Shown: positions 13,936 through 29,035 of the stretch, in pieces
Numbering within the stretch: position 1 is the first letter of the stretch
How the letters are laid out: each line of letters opens with the position of its first letter
Source: Flaccisagitta enflata
Taxonomy: Eukaryota
DNA length: 64,000 nucleotides
Assembly: GCA_965153355.1 (NCBI GenBank)
Contig: OZ231126.1
Location: 24,676,001 to 24,740,000 of the forward strand
Direction: 5' to 3'
Translations under genes and position numbers: made by a program
Notes under the pieces: generated by a model
Told to the model about the DNA's origin: nothing
Database searches by the model: none
What the model saw: the letters and a program-made list of their open reading frames with translations, nothing else

Positions 13936-14445
13936 TTAAATTCGGTTTTAATTGATAAAATCAGCAACACGACAATTAACGATACATTGGTAGAGAGGAA
14001 GGACAGTGGGCAGACGACCACGCATCAAACTAGTAAATTTGATTCTATAATTTTTTAACTTTTAAAACCAGTTCTTCTCCATTAAAAGATTGAACCCGCC
14101 GTCGCGTCGATAGGATTACGAAGATCATAAATTTATGCCAATAGTGGTTTGCTGTTTTTAGTCGCGGACACGCGACTCTACACCTTGCTGTGTCGGTCGG
14201 TAGGTCGGTAGGTCTGTAACAAATTTCGGTTTTCGCATTATTGCTCCTGCCCAACCGTCCGCGACTCGATTACCGTGTATCCAGCCTTGTTATGGTCTAT
14301 CTCTTCTTAAGGAAGGTCTACCGATCCGACAAATGCTTTTAATGTTGCCTCGTGATTGAAATCGCTCCATGAAAAAGAAGCTACATTGCCATTTTCATGT
14401 TCAAAAACTCTTCGCTTTGCATGTTGTTTGTGTTTTTTTCCTTAC

Positions 14446-15226
14446 GACACAGAATAATTTAGGGCGGAATTTCTCATTCATGCATAAGTTGAAAATTTTT
14501 CATGATTGCTAATTTAATCTTAAAATTTTTGATAAGGGCCTTTTTACACCTTAGGTTAAAACATATTTTGCATATAGGCGAGCTCAATTGCCCCTGCAAC
14601 TTTCAGAAAATGATTTTTTCCTAATTTTCTATAATATTGAATATTTTAGCTTTAATTAAACATTAATAAAAAAATATCAATTTACAGTTGTCCATTAAAA
14701 ATTGATAAAAAAATGAAAATATATCCCTTCATCTAGTCATTGGTGAAATCTGCAGGTCTTTATCTGCTTTCATTAAAGTTTGACATTCTTTTAAAAATAA
14801 GAGACATTGAGATCAGAATTTTTCAATTTGGTTACCTGACTTGTGTCCACTGAAAATAACAAATTTGCATAGGGAATCCAAAATTACAAAAACCAAGAAC
14901 ATGCGACTCTTGTAAATTAGTATATCTAAAGTCGTATGTTTTAAAAAATGCAAATTTTTGACTCACTTCACAGATTTATTATTTTCAAGATAGACTTATC
15001 ACATTTTTTGTTAAACATGTTTGCCCTATTTTTGCACTGAATTATATTTCAGAGGATGATTATGATCGTTCTAGTGATAATAAATTTGGCTATTTGTTTG
15101 CTGTTCATACCATTTGCTTGCTGACAATAACCATTCGTTGCATTTGAGAGAATATTGATTATAAACTACAAAAAATAGACTCAGAAGTGCATGAATAAAA
15201 AATTCGATATAATTGTGCAGCATGTC
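14446..15226. mobile_element. Unclassified TIR element with 4-bp TSD (TTAC)
   Basis: Absent from the duplicate copy at about 12735. GACA...TGTC ends with degenerate ~40-bp TIRs (shared GAATTT.T.ATTCATGCA). TTAC at 14442-14445 and 15227-15230. Confidence 0.65.
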
Positions 15227-15527
15227 TTACTGCTTTTGGATCAAGTGTTTACAGGCAGTCCTCAGCAGGATGATTTAGAATTCTGTTCTTTTCCGTGGCT
15301 CTCCACTTTTCAAAATGGTCGACAACACATATATCAACAAGGCCGGATACACGGCCATCAGTTGCGGACGGGTGGGCAGGGGCAGAAATGCAACTGTCCG
15401 CAACTAAAAATGTTCTAAAACGCTCATTTCCTCACTTTTCGATTCGTGTCCATGGACCAACCAACCAACCGACCAATGGACGGACGGACAAAGCCTCTTA
15501 AAGAGTTGCGTGTCCGCAACTAGAAAC

Positions 15528-16108
<581 letters not shown>

Positions 16109-16332
16109 AGCTCAGCAGCCAAACAACAACAGCAACGTCAGACGTCAACAACGACAACGACGAAGAGAAAAAAATGATAAAACAAAGAAAGCCTCAGCGC
16201 TTAGAAGTTAGGACCATGAGACTGGCCGAAGAACGTCATTACTATGAGAAACAAAAACAATCCCTACACAAACTCCCCGACTTATGAATTTCTTTTCTCA
16301 TCATTAATCACTCGCGTAGGAAGACGAATCAA

Positions 16333-16382
<50 letters not shown>

Positions 16383-16743
16383 TTGTTGTTGCCCCTTTAT
16401 TGTCGGTATTTGTAAACAAACCTTTAGGGTCGAGACTGACCGTCCGTCGTCTGAAGACCCCGACGATGACCCCTTTTGCAGACTAGGACGAACACAACGA
16501 CGACAACGACGACAATGACGACGATGGCGACGACGATAACGACGACGTCGATGGCCATGTGATTGCCTACGTTGTCGACGATGACGGTAATGATGGTGAT
16601 GGTGGTGGTATTGCATCGATTGCAATGACGTGGGACTGGCCGAAGGTTCAGACTTTTCTGCATGAGTGACTTAATCCCTCCTCCCCTTTTTTTTTCTCTT
16701 CTTTTCCTCTCTTTTTTCCTCCTTTTCCTTTTTTTTCTCTCTT

Positions 16744-16825
<82 letters not shown>

Positions 16826-17668
16826 GTTTGTCATTTCTTCTCGCTTGCTCATTCTTTCTTTCCTTTTTTCCTCATTTCCTTGATATATATCATTCTCTTA
16901 ATCAACGCCGTTGCTTCTGTACCTTTCACGTCAGTTTAATTAGTAGTGGCTGACTCCCACCCCATCCTCGGCCCTAAAGTTATGACTTCCCTAACAAATA
17001 CTCAATTTATGCAGGCAAAAGCTGGCCCACATATCTGTCTGCTGGTCAATATGCTGGTTGAAAAGCGTACTTGAAAGTTCACAAAGTCGAAATGGGCATC
17101 ACTGACTTGAAAGTTGTCTGTATTTGGCTGAAACCATCTTAAATTTATTTAGCGGTCATCCATTTGCAGCTATTTCTTTGGCGAAACATGTTCAAAACTT
17201 GGCTGCATTTTGAAATTCTTCGATTCTAACAGATACAAACAAATATGCTTGCACGTTCAAACAAAAAGCATTTTAAACTGGTGTTGTTGCTTGTATGTTG
17301 CGTACGATTATTACGTTTCAGTGCTAAGCTATCATGACTCACCAAAGCTAAGCTATTCAGACCCACCGCAGCTCTTTATTACCCTCTAAACGCCTTCTTT
17401 CCTTTTGTTTAAGTTAATGACATAATGTATTCATGTACAAAGATATCTTTAATGCATTAGCGCTGCGGAGTCCGCCCCTTTCGTGTCATTCATCTACTTT
17501 GCCCACGGCCTTTTCCGCCACACACATCGATGCCTACGCTCGCTTTCTGTCTTCGACTCTCTTGCTTTTCCTTGAATCCTTCTGTAAGTCCGTGTCTGTC
17601 ATTGTCTTTGTCTCTATTTGTCTGACAGTCCATATATGTGACTTTATGTCTTTTTGTTTATGTTTGTC

Positions 17669-17781
<113 letters not shown>

Positions 17782-17952
17782 CATCCCTCCGTATACCCCT
17801 CCCCTCTCACTTCTTACGCCACATAACTGTCGCGGTTATGGCGAGTTAAGCATTTTACAATCATTAGTGGGGGGAAAATGACTCGGTGCGTTGACCATTC
17901 GGAAGAGGAAAAGGAGGGAGAAGAAGCGAAGGAGGGAAAGGGGAGATGTAAA

Positions 17953-19088
17953 TAGTTATCCAAGGAACGCACATGACAGACATGATCAGTGGTGCCCGAC
18001 ACCCTGATTGACATAACAAGGAAAAAGTAATGTAAGGAATGAAGCGCAGTAGTTCAAAAAGGCAGATATTATATACTATCTTCACAAATAAAATCTTTCC
18101 ACTGCAAAAATAAGCGCATTTATTGACTAGTTAAGGAAAACCAGTTGATCGCAAGTCAATAAATATTAAGTATGTGCATCTCTTGACTGAATCACAGCCA
18201 CCATTTTTTCAGTTAGCGATTCTTGGAGCTTCTTGAGGTACTCTTGAGTGATGGAATCCAAAACCATTTACGCCATTTTCTTGATCTGCTCTTTCTCTAC
18301 GTTTAGACTTATAGCTCTAAAGAGACTCAACAAATCATGGAAAAATAGGTGACATAAATGAAGCCTTTCGAATTTGCAAGCAGGCTACGCAAACCACATC
18401 TGTCTAGCTCAATTTGTTTAGAAGTAATTCAAAAAAGTGTGAAGTGATATCGGTTGAAGATTGTGTGGAATGGCAAAAGCGTTGAATAACTCTTGAACGC
18501 ATTGAGTTAGAAGAATGCGGTTTGCGCAGACTGCTTGCAAATTTGAAGAGCTGTAATTTTGTCACCAATTTTTTTAGGATTTGTCAAATATAACCAGAGA
18601 TAAATGTTAAAATGTGCGGAAAGATTTTATTTGTGAAGATAGTAGAATACAAGGTTATATCTTGACGAATACAAGGAAATTGTTTTGAGGGGTTGAGAAT
18701 TCAGCCAAGGGGATTAAGGTTGACGCCTGGCAGTCCGGGTTTATGTGGTTTTGCAGAGGAGAATATTTGGCAAAGATGGAATTGCAAATTTCAGGAACAA
18801 GTAGAATATTATCCAGCCTTAAACTGAAACAAAAACTTCCGAAAGTAAAAACATTTGAAAATCTCCATATTACTTATCACAATATATGTAGGGAAATCCC
18901 CATATAAGAAGTTCTTTTTTTAGCCTACAACTACAAGGGCTGATATTAGGTTTTACAAGGCTGACTTGCGAGGGGCAATTTGTAACCTGAAAGGCAGATA
19001 TCATGTTGAAGATGCTGGATTACAACTCAAAAAGTATGCGGTACACAAGTAAACAGGACATCGGCGCTTTGGGGCCGTTGCCCAAAAA
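17953..19088 (-). mobile_element. Old, disrupted family D copy containing an internal inverted-repeat insertion (~18331-18583)
   Basis: Degenerate terminal motif at 17953-18005 and CAGGACATCGGCGCTTTGGGGCCGTTGCCCAAAAA at about 19054-19088. Confidence 0.45.
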
Positions 19089-22000
19089 TAGGGATAGTTG
19101 GAGGAGGAGAAGCGAAAAAAGGTTGGACCATTTATAATGGTTTATTACTCTGACCAACGATTTGACGTGTGAAGGACACGGATGGCGAGACAGTTAAAAT
19201 CTCTCTCTTGAGCGATCCTTATATAAATGGGCAAAAAGAGAATCGAGTTACTCTCCTGTGGATTTCTAATGACATTTTTTTCTTTCTATCCGTCTGTCAG
19301 TTGGTCTATCTGTCTACCTATGCCTATGGGATCATTTTCTGTAAAATGAACGTTCAATCGTCCTGTCGAGTCGGTCGCTTTTCATGGTCTCCAATGACTT
19401 GATGTCCATTCCAAAAAGGGTTTGAACTATCATCACAAAAGGATCATACAAAATTATTGATTGATTTTTTTTTCTAATCTCTTGGATGTACGCGTCATGT
19501 CATTGCATGTGCCATTATCAACATACGGCAGACTTTACTCTCTTTCAGAACGAGTAAACGTGTCGTTTTAGAATGAGTTTTAAAAATCTTTAGATAAGGA
19601 TAAAAACTCTTACTGCCTAACCAACATCATTTTGCAATCGTAAGGTTTGCCTTAGGCCGCCATGTCGAGTCACTTTGGAAGCCTTTGGCTTTACATTGTC
19701 TTTGTTGGAACTGTTGCAGACTAATTCTACTTCAACCTATCCTTCATTCCATTTGTCTCGTCTTTTCTATACTTCCCATCCAGTGTACTCGCTCTGACTG
19801 CCTCGCCTATTGCTGGACCCACTTCCTAGCCTGTCCAGCTCTATCGTCATTCACTTACTCTGCCCTATTAACCCTTCTTTATCAAAAAAAGGGGAGAACC
19901 ATTAGACGCTTCCTCACCGTCTTTGTTTCTTTCCTTCCTTTCCTTTCTTTCCTTCCATGTGCTCTCTTTTCTTTTCTTAGCCCCCGTAGTTCATCTCCAT
20001 CGTTTGTTACTCTTCCTCTTCTTCTCCCAGTGACATATCCGTGACCCGACCCGAATCGTGACTCCGTTTCCTTCTCGCGACTCTCCATTGGTCAAATCTC
20101 ACATTTCCTTCACTCTGATTGGATAAATGAAGGAGACCTCGTTGTCTCTTAAGAATGAGTTGTCTTTTAATGGTTATTCTCCCTTCTTATTTTTGGAAGG
20201 CTTTCTTTTTCAGGGGCATCTACGTGCGTCTTTCTTCCTCACTCTTAATATGGCGTTGCCTTTGGAGGTCGTCGTTGGTCGTTGGTTGAAAGGGATCATT
20301 GATCGACATCGTCGTTAGCATTTTCAAAAACAAGGCCATATTTACGGTCTCAAGTCACATACAAGTGGGCCGGGGCAGTGACAAAAAATCCAATCACGCC
20401 ATTGGGCAGGGGCGTTGATACAAAAACTACCTGTGTCATGAAATGACTAACCGACGCGACGAAACGACAGACCAACTGATTGACATAGCAGGATTTGAAG
20501 TTGCGTGCACTTGACTTTAAAAAAAGTGGTCACGGAAGAATGCCAGCCGTTTTGCCGCGCAAATTCATCAACGGGTTTTGAAGATGGAGATGGATGCATG
20601 GTCCTCTTGAGCAGATGAAATCTGTGAAACAGTCCGATGCATGAATAAAGTTAGATTCATTAAACTCATTCTGTGTGATGGCAACAACTACGCCTTTTGA
20701 AACTCTTTCAAAAGTTTTTTAGAATAAGGCCGGATACATGGGTGCGCCTCAGACCTATCCCGACCCCTATCAGACCTATCAAAAGCTCTATCGGGCCAAT
20801 CTACAGCTGAATATGGTCATAAATGAAATGATGAATAATATGAATGATGTCAAACATTTTCTTGCGATTTTTTACTCGAATATGGCCAACCAATTGACCC
20901 ACCATCGGACCGACCAACCGAAAGACAGAGCGTTTGATGGAAGTGCTATGGCGCACCTAAAAAGCTACAAAAATCGATTTCAAGTCACTTAAAGCTAGAT
21001 ATTAACTTGTATCTTTTGCATCGCACTGTCTGCATGCATGGAGTAGAGAATAAAGAATAACTCGTTACATCTTTTTAGCTCATTACAATGATGTCAAAAT
21101 TTTTATGGGACTTTGATGTAAACGAAGCGAGCCTGGCAAGCCTCATGAATCCAAAGGAGTTAATGTAATACAACAGATTTATAATTCAACACTAATCAGC
21201 ATTTCGCATGTCCCAGCGTACAGTGGAATAGCGGCGCACGGCGTTTAGTCGTTTCTATGGTAGTTCATACCTGATTAAATTGGCTAAGGGCCAAGAATGC
21301 CGTCCAAAGTCCAAAGTCCAAACATGCTTTGATGCTTTTCGAGAAGATTCCTCTTTTTAGTTTCGTTCACGCGACTCTATAACCCACTTTGTCGGTCAGT
21401 TGTATGGTCGGTCGGTCGGTTGGTGACACTGCTCTTTGGGCGTTTATGGATGGTTTTTGCATTAAAGCTTCTGCCCAAATGATCTTTTTATCACTGCCCC
21501 TATCCACCTGTGCGCGACTTCGGTATCCGTGTATCCGGCCTTTATATTTACAAATTCACTGTAAGAATATTCATGCTTGGTCATGTTATATATCAAAATA
21601 AACAATAAGCTCAATTATGGCGTCAGAATCGTAACAACCATTAATTTATGGAACTCATGCTCAAGAAGTGCAATGAGCCAAATCAGGCGCATGGTCGTGC
21701 GCTCCACGACGTCTTGTTGTTGGTTTACTCATTCGTTTGATTTTGTTCGGCAGAAACTGAGCAGCAATGATTTTGAGTTTTGTGGCGTGAAAAACAAGGC
21801 CTGATACATATGAGAGCTCACAAGGCCCTCTTCCATATTTCTTAGTTTGGGCGTAGTGAGGGATATTGTTTCACTTGTTATGGCTACCTTAGTCACGTGC
21901 TGCTGGTCAGGGGCAGTGATAAAAATTGCTAACCATGCTAACCATGCGTTTTGGCAGGAACAGTAATGCAATAACGAAAAAGTAAAGTTTGACGCGTCGA

Positions 22001-22338
22001 CTAAAAATCACAAACGGGTGTAAAGCAGCTTCACCGACCACGTAAATAACCGACCAACAAACCGACCGAGAAGACTGATAGAGAAGAGAAGAGAAAGCAA
22101 AACTACAAAATGATACTCGGTGCCGTAATTAGCAGTCGGGTAAAGGCCTAAAGGCCAGCAGCCAATTAAACTTATTCTGATTTATTCTCGCTGAAGAAAA
22201 AAATCACAAAAGAAAAAAGAAATAAATGAAAATAATTGCGCATTGTTTAGGCATGAAAAACGTTTGTCTCCTTCCTTCAAATGTACTCTCATTCATCAAT
22301 ACTTATTTTCTTTGGCAGATGATAATATATTGACCTTT

Positions 22339-22382
<44 letters not shown>

Positions 22383-24193
22383 AGAGAAAAAAGAGAAAAT
22401 TTATGATTTTTTTAGAAACGTCGGTAAAAAAAGATAGTCTACCCTTCCAATTTCTATTGATGTTCTCGTTTTGTCTGAACTCTTTTGAGGGCTCTTCAAC
22501 CCTGGGCCGTGGTTTTAGATAATAAGTTCATTTGTCAAACTAATCGACAACAAAGACAAACATTGAAATGCCTAAAAATCTGAGGATATACTGCGAACCT
22601 AAAAAAACTTATCAGTTTTACCAAAAGTTTATCATTTGTACACTGACATTTTTCATCCGGTTGGTTTTTGTTCATAACATTATTATCACTTTTACCTAAT
22701 TTTTCTTTCATTTGATTTATTGCCTCCTTTCGCCTCAGTCATCCATATTGGCTTTCAATTGTAATGACCCGTGGATTTATGATCTACGACACGCCTTAAC
22801 TCTTTTTATTTTCCTGAATATTGAAGATCATCGATTGTGATCCAAGCCTGAAGAGCGTTTCACTTCAAGTTACAATCAATTTGAGGACGGAGGTGCATTC
22901 GTTGATTCCTTTATGAGCAAACTCATTTAAAAGTTACACCAGGGTTTAGATGGGAGAAAGCACAGACGACTAATTAAACCTCGTTGTTACCCAAAAGTGA
23001 ACCTTCCTCCTCCATTCGTTCCCATCTCCGTTTCTGTTTTTATGTCAAGCCAAGAAGCACGCCTAAAGCCTAAGTTCTTCTGTCCATGCGTTTGCCCGTT
23101 GGTCTGTCTGATTACTCATTTGCGCCAAATATTTTTCGGTCATGGCATATCCTAAACTGCACTTGAAATATTCTACCGGTGATCCGACACATATCGTTTT
23201 CTTTATAATTTTATGAGTCTGTCTACCCAAGACGCTTTTGTCGATTTCGACTTTGATTCCTTACTGCCCCTGCCAATCGGGGGCGACTGGTATTGGCCGT
23301 GTGTCCATTCCCGTTACTTTTCTTTTTTTAGTTGCGGACACGCAACTAGATAAGAGGCTTTGTCCGTCCATTGGTTCATCCGTCTGTTTGTCGGAGAATG
23401 TAAAACCACACATTCACCATACTGCAGCTGTGATTGTCAGAGTGCGTTAGTGTGGAGTGAGGGGGTATGGATATGGGTTGTTCGCTCCTGCTTACCTGTC
23501 CGCAACGATTTTGTGACCCCGCGTCTCTTGTTTTCCTTTTCATTGGGCAAATTTGTCTTAAGCGTCTAGAAAATCGACGATCGGCCATCAAAGGGACGCC
23601 GTAAAAGACGCTTTTTGTTTTTTTTATGTCCGTCCTGGGAATTCCGATGTTGGCTTTCCACGCTTTCCTTTCTCTTAGCAACTTAGCATATCCTTTTACT
23701 GACGGCGGATTAACATGTTCAAGTCCATGCATGGAATTCGTTCGTTTGCATGTCTCGCTATTAAACATACCCGCACATCAAAGATAGAGGAGTGCCTAGA
23801 TTTTTTTCACTGAACGAAAGGATGATAATTGGAAAAAAGTCGAATTACGTAATTCGACTTTTTGAAACGTAGAGGAGAAATAAAGTTTTCCATTTTGAAT
23901 TTGGGACAATTTTAGCAAGTTGAGCCGTTTTTGGGCTGGGATGATACTTTTTTTGATATTCACAGCTAAGAAAGAGCTAATTTTTCTCTTTCAAATGGCG
24001 CCAACCAGAGGTCTCTACAATCATTAATTTAGGAGTTATGAATTTTTTAATCTTTTTTTATTTTTTCGCATTTTCGCGAAAATCGATATTTTTCACTGAT
24101 CCCAATTTTTTGGACCTATGTCACATAAAAAAAGAGTCAAGATGTTACGCAAATTGACTCCAAGTTTTATGACGCTAGCTTACGCATTTTACT

Positions 24194-24245
<52 letters not shown>

Positions 24246-24264
24246 CAGAAAGACAGAAAGACAA

Positions 24265-24821
24265 AATAGTCGCAAAAGCGTTACATGGTCAGCGGTACCC
24301 GATGCCCCTAAGTTAGTGTATGTGGGAATGAGATTATGAGAGGGGCAGCGGCCCCAGAGGGGCCGATGACCTATGATTCCACATAGGACAATTTTCTCCG
24401 GTTTGAGAGGGCTGGTTTGGAGGGCTGAGAGGCCTGATTTTGGGTCTGAAAGGTCTGATTTAGGGTCTGAGAGGCGTGGTTTGGGGTCTGAGAAGCTTGA
24501 TTTGGGGTCTGAAAGGCCTGATTTGGGTCTGAGGGGTCTAATTTGGAGTCTGAAAAGCCTGAGTAGGGGTCTGAGGCCTGATTTGGGTCTGAGAGGCCTA
24601 ATTTGGGGTCTGGGAGGCCTAATTTGGGGTTTGAGAGGCCTGATTTGAGGTCAGTATGGTCTGATTTGGGGTCTGAAAGGCCTGATATGGGGTCTGAGAG
24701 GCCTTATTTGAGGCTTGTGGGAGGGGGGGGACGGACGGACGGACGGACGCACGGAAACCGGAGAAAATTGCCCTATGTGGAATCATAGGTCATCGGCCCC
24801 TCCGGGGCCGCTGCCCAAAAA
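24265..24821 (-). mobile_element. HINE-like family D
   Basis: Same architecture on the minus strand. IR pair near 24343-24401 and 24758-24816, 21-bp tandem core near 24405-24715, terminal CGC-TTTT-GCG hairpin. Confidence 0.8.
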
Positions 24822-24860
24822 GAGAGACAAAGAGAGGCAAACTGGAGAAGTTTCAATAAC

Positions 24861-25091
<231 letters not shown>

Positions 25092-25697
25092 CAAAGACAG
25101 AGGAAGACTGAGAGAAAGAATAGACACCTGTAGATTGAATAACAAAAACACACAGGCAGTCAACCAGACAGCATGAAATGCATTCACAGAGGATCATGCA
25201 CTGAAAAAAGAAACTCCCATTTACGACTTTTTTCTGGTCGGCGATTAGCCGCCTTTATTGGTAATTCATTCATAAGCTCATACATTCTTAAATTCACACC
25301 TACATCCATTCATTTGTAATGAAATTCTCCACATGAACAGATTCTTCACCATTCTTCCCTCCTTTATTCCTTTCTTCACTTATTCTTTCATCCAATATTT
25401 TTTTTTTTTTCATTCACTTATTCAATTATCGTTATTCACTATTCGTTATCTATTCATTTATAAATTTTGCAATCTCCTTTCCTTCTTTCTTCGTTCTCTG
25501 TCTCACTGTCTCTCTCTCCGGTTAAGAGAAAAGAGGGGAGTTAAGGAGCATCACTGATTTATTACCCCAACCATTCAACAACAAAGATGGAGAAGAATTG
25601 GGTCAGATCAGGAGCGAGGATAAGCAGACGCAACCATGCATCACAAAAGCAGTTGGAAGAAGACCCGAAATTTGCACCGCACACAGCCTCTTTTCTG

Positions 25698-25748
<51 letters not shown>

Positions 25749-25976
25749 CGCTGTGTGTCTGTGCGTCCGTCCGTTTCTGGCTGTGTCGCTGTCTCTCTGT
25801 CTCTGTCTCTGTGTCTCCATCCCCGTCTCTGTCTCTCCATCTCTGCCTCTGTCTCTCCAACTTTGTTTCTGTCTCTGTCTCTCTTTCAGTGTCTTTCTTT
25901 CTATGTCTCTGCTCTCTGCTTCAATGTCTGTCTGTCTTTCTGTGTGTCTGTGTGTCTGTCTGTCTGTCTTTCTGTG

Positions 25977-26016
<40 letters not shown>

Positions 26017-26034
26017 GGTCTGTCTGTCTGTCTT

Positions 26035-26209
<175 letters not shown>

Positions 26210-26817
26210 CTGGCTCACTCACTCCAAAGTGTAAAAGCTCATGCGTGTTGGCCACCGACTAAGTGCATCGTCAGGCCTCACGTCAGGTCTCACGGATGAC
26301 ATTTATTGAATTGAGGGATGCTGGAGCAGCCTCGAGCGATGCGGCAGACTGATGAGTTGCGTGACCAAATTGTGGGCACTGAGACAGTCAATGGGAAAAA
26401 GAAGACACGACTTTTAAACTGATAAACAGAAAACAAAGAATGCGTTTGTTTTTGAAAAGAATCTAAGCTCATGCCCACTGCATAGAAAAAATCCTAGTCC
26501 TGATGTAGATTTTTAAATCAGCTTTGTGTTAATCCATAACACCTCTGTCTCTTCTTTTATTTCTTCCATTAAACCTTCATTCAATATCTTCTAATTCTTT
26601 TTTTTCTCTATTTCTGTCTGTTACTTTTCCTCCACTTCAGTCTTTTTGCCCTTCCGCGGTTATTCGGTTTATTGGTCGCTGTCCTCTCTTTTTTTTTCCT
26701 TCCCTCAATTTCATTCATTTGCCCTTCCTTGATACATTTCTCTCTGTCCTCTCTTTTTCTCCCTTCCCTCAATTTCATTCATTTGCCCTTCCTCGATTTA
26801 TTTCTCTCTGTCCTCCC

Positions 26818-26933
26818 TTTTTTAGGTGCGACAAAGCACCTCTATAACTGGCTGTGTCCGTTTGTTGGTTGGTCTGTAACGCATTCGTTCGACAATCCAC
26901 ACGTCGCACCTTATTGGCCTACTTGGCCTTGTT
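26818..26933 (+). mobile_element. Short HINE-like family B
   Basis: subTIR AGGTGCGAC, partial IR GCACCT, 3' subTIR GTCGCACCT, GGCC-TACTT-GGCC hairpin, TTGTT. Confidence 0.8.
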
Positions 26934-27037
26934 TTTCCTTCCCTCAATTTCATTCATTTGCCCTTCCTCGGTTCATTTCTCTCTGTCCTCTCTTTTTTTC
27001 CTTCCCTCTATTTCATTCATTTACCTTTCCTCAGTTT

Positions 27038-27251
27038 TTTTTAGTTGCATGCTACGCGACTCTACACCCCGCTTTGTTGGTCCGTCCGTCGCTCCGTCTG
27101 TCGCTCCTTCCGTCCGTCCGTCCATCCGTCACACTTTTTGGGGTTTTCACGGTCTTTGGCCTCACTTCTCCTACCCAAATGATCAAGTGACCTCAAATAC
27201 AGCTCCTGCCCACCCACACGTGACTGGGTTAGCCGTGTATCCGGCCTTGTT
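27038..27251 (+). mobile_element. DINE-1/HINE-like family A
   Basis: TTTTTAGTTGCATGCTACGCGACT...AGCCGTGTATCCGGCCTTGTT. Confidence 0.8.
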
Positions 27252-27369
27252 TCTCTACTCATGTTTTTTTCCTTCCCTCAATTTCATTCATTTGCCCTTC
27301 CTCGGTTTATTTCTCACTCTCCTCTCCTTTTCCCCTTCCCTCCATTTCATTCATTTGCCTTTCCTCCGC

Positions 27370-28066
27370 TTTTTGGGCAGCGGCCCCAAAGGGCCGATGT
27401 CCTGTAGGACACAGGGGTGAATTTCCTTACGTCCGTCCGTACGTACGTACGTCCGTACGTCCCCCCCCCCCTTGGAAGCTTCTCAAGCCTCTCAGGCCTC
27501 ATATCCGGCCTCTCAGGCCTCAAATCTGGCCTCTCAGGCCTCAAATCCAGCCTCTCAGGTCTCAAATCCAGCCTCTCAGGCCTTAAATCCAGCCCCTCAG
27601 GCCTCAAATCTAGCCTCTCAGGCCTCAAATCCAGCCTGTCAGGCCTCAAATCCAGCCTCTCAGGCCTTAAATCCAGCCTCTCAGGCCTCAAATCCAGCCT
27701 CTCAGGCCTCAAATCCGGCCTCTCAGGCCTCAAATCCAGCCTCTTGGGCCTCATATTCAGCCTCTTGGGCCTCAAATCCAACCTTTTGGGCCTCATTCCA
27801 GCCTCTTGGGCCTTAAATCCAGCCTCTCAGACCTCAAGTTCCCATTGAATAACAAAAATTGAAAAAAAAAAAATGCAAAATTCCCAATGAATATCACGGA
27901 AAATTACCCCAAATGTGCCCTCTCAGGACGTAAGGAAATTCACCCCTGTGTCCTACAGGACATCGGCCCTTTGGGGCCGCTGCCCTGCTCTCACTCCACT
28001 TCAGCTAATCACTCCAAGCAGGGCATCGGGTACCGCTGACCATGTGCGATCCTTGGATGACTTGTT
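27370..28066 (+). mobile_element. HINE-like family D with homogeneous 21-bp array (CTCTCAGGCCTCAAATCCAGC)
   Basis: Same ends as 7449-8027. Roughly 16 copies of a 21-bp unit at about 27482-27835. Confidence 0.85.
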
Positions 28067-28934
28067 TTCTCTACTCACCTTTTTTTTTTCTTTCCTCCGT
28101 CTCCTCCCGTTACGGATTTTATTTTGATTTGCCCATAAAACCGATTGAGGACCAAAATCGATGCCACGAGGCGGCGCTAAAAGAAGAAGAAGAGGAAAAC
28201 TTCCAGACGGACAAAAGAACAAACTCATAAAACTCAGCGGACAAAGGAACAAAACCATAAAATTTATTGGTCGACGAGTCTAATTCGTGGAATGAAAGAT
28301 AATTCATCTGTTGGATGTTAGCAAGAACTCTATATTTTCGGAAATTAGCTCATTTGATTATGAGTGTTGTCAATCCGTTCCCTACAAATTTTGTATCTGG
28401 TGCATCTGTGCAAACGTGTTTTCCCTCTACATCCCATTGCGTGATTATTTTCACTATGTGGTAAGAACGTCTTTTGGTTTCACGCGGATTCGGATGTACC
28501 AGTAATGGCAGCTGTCGCCGTGAGGAAAAAAGTTGTAAGCATTGGTCACTTTTCACCATGCTATTATCTTCAGTCACTGAAATTCTTTTTATTTGTTAGA
28601 TCAAATCAAAAGCAATTTGTATATATTGATTGCACTGAAAATCAAAGAAAAATAGGATACGAGCTAAATGAGCTAGATGAGCTAAAATATTCTAAATTAT
28701 TCAACCAGACAACTAGCTTTGCTCACTGAAATGATTATTCGTATTTGGATGCTTAAATCAAAACATTTATTCATTCATCCTATTAGAAATCAGAGAAAAA
28801 GAGCAAGCTAAATGAGTTAAATGAGCTAGAATACTTAAAAATCCCCTCACAGATGAGCAGCTTTGCTCACTGACATGTTTTTTTTTATTTACTTGCTTAA
28901 TCAAGTATGGAAATATTTATCTATTTATCATATT

Positions 28935-29035
28935 AACAGTGCTTTCACGCTCAAGGAAGAAATTATGATAATAGTATTTTTTAATGAATAAACCACTATT
29001 ATCAGGTTTTCTTCCTCGAGCGTGAAAGCACTGTT
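28935..29035. mobile_element. Micro-MITE hairpin (~85-100 bp)
   Basis: AGTGCTTTCACGCTCAAGGAA ... TTCCTCGAGCGTGAAAGCACT. Second copy at 40611-40695. Confidence 0.75.

Larger units (their letters stand above)
11273..15330 (+). repeat. Tandem segmental duplication (copy 1 from 11273, copy 2 from 13365)
   Basis: CCATGATCACTGAATA... is colinear in both copies up to the following (CAA)n tract. The copies differ by independent TE insertions. Confidence 0.9.

Noticed and set aside
27347-27848. Heptad-repeat ORFs (LDLRPER / SSLSGLK) that look like coiled-coil proteins
   Set aside because: They are the stop-free 21-bp tandem core of a dispersed non-coding element, open in several frames.
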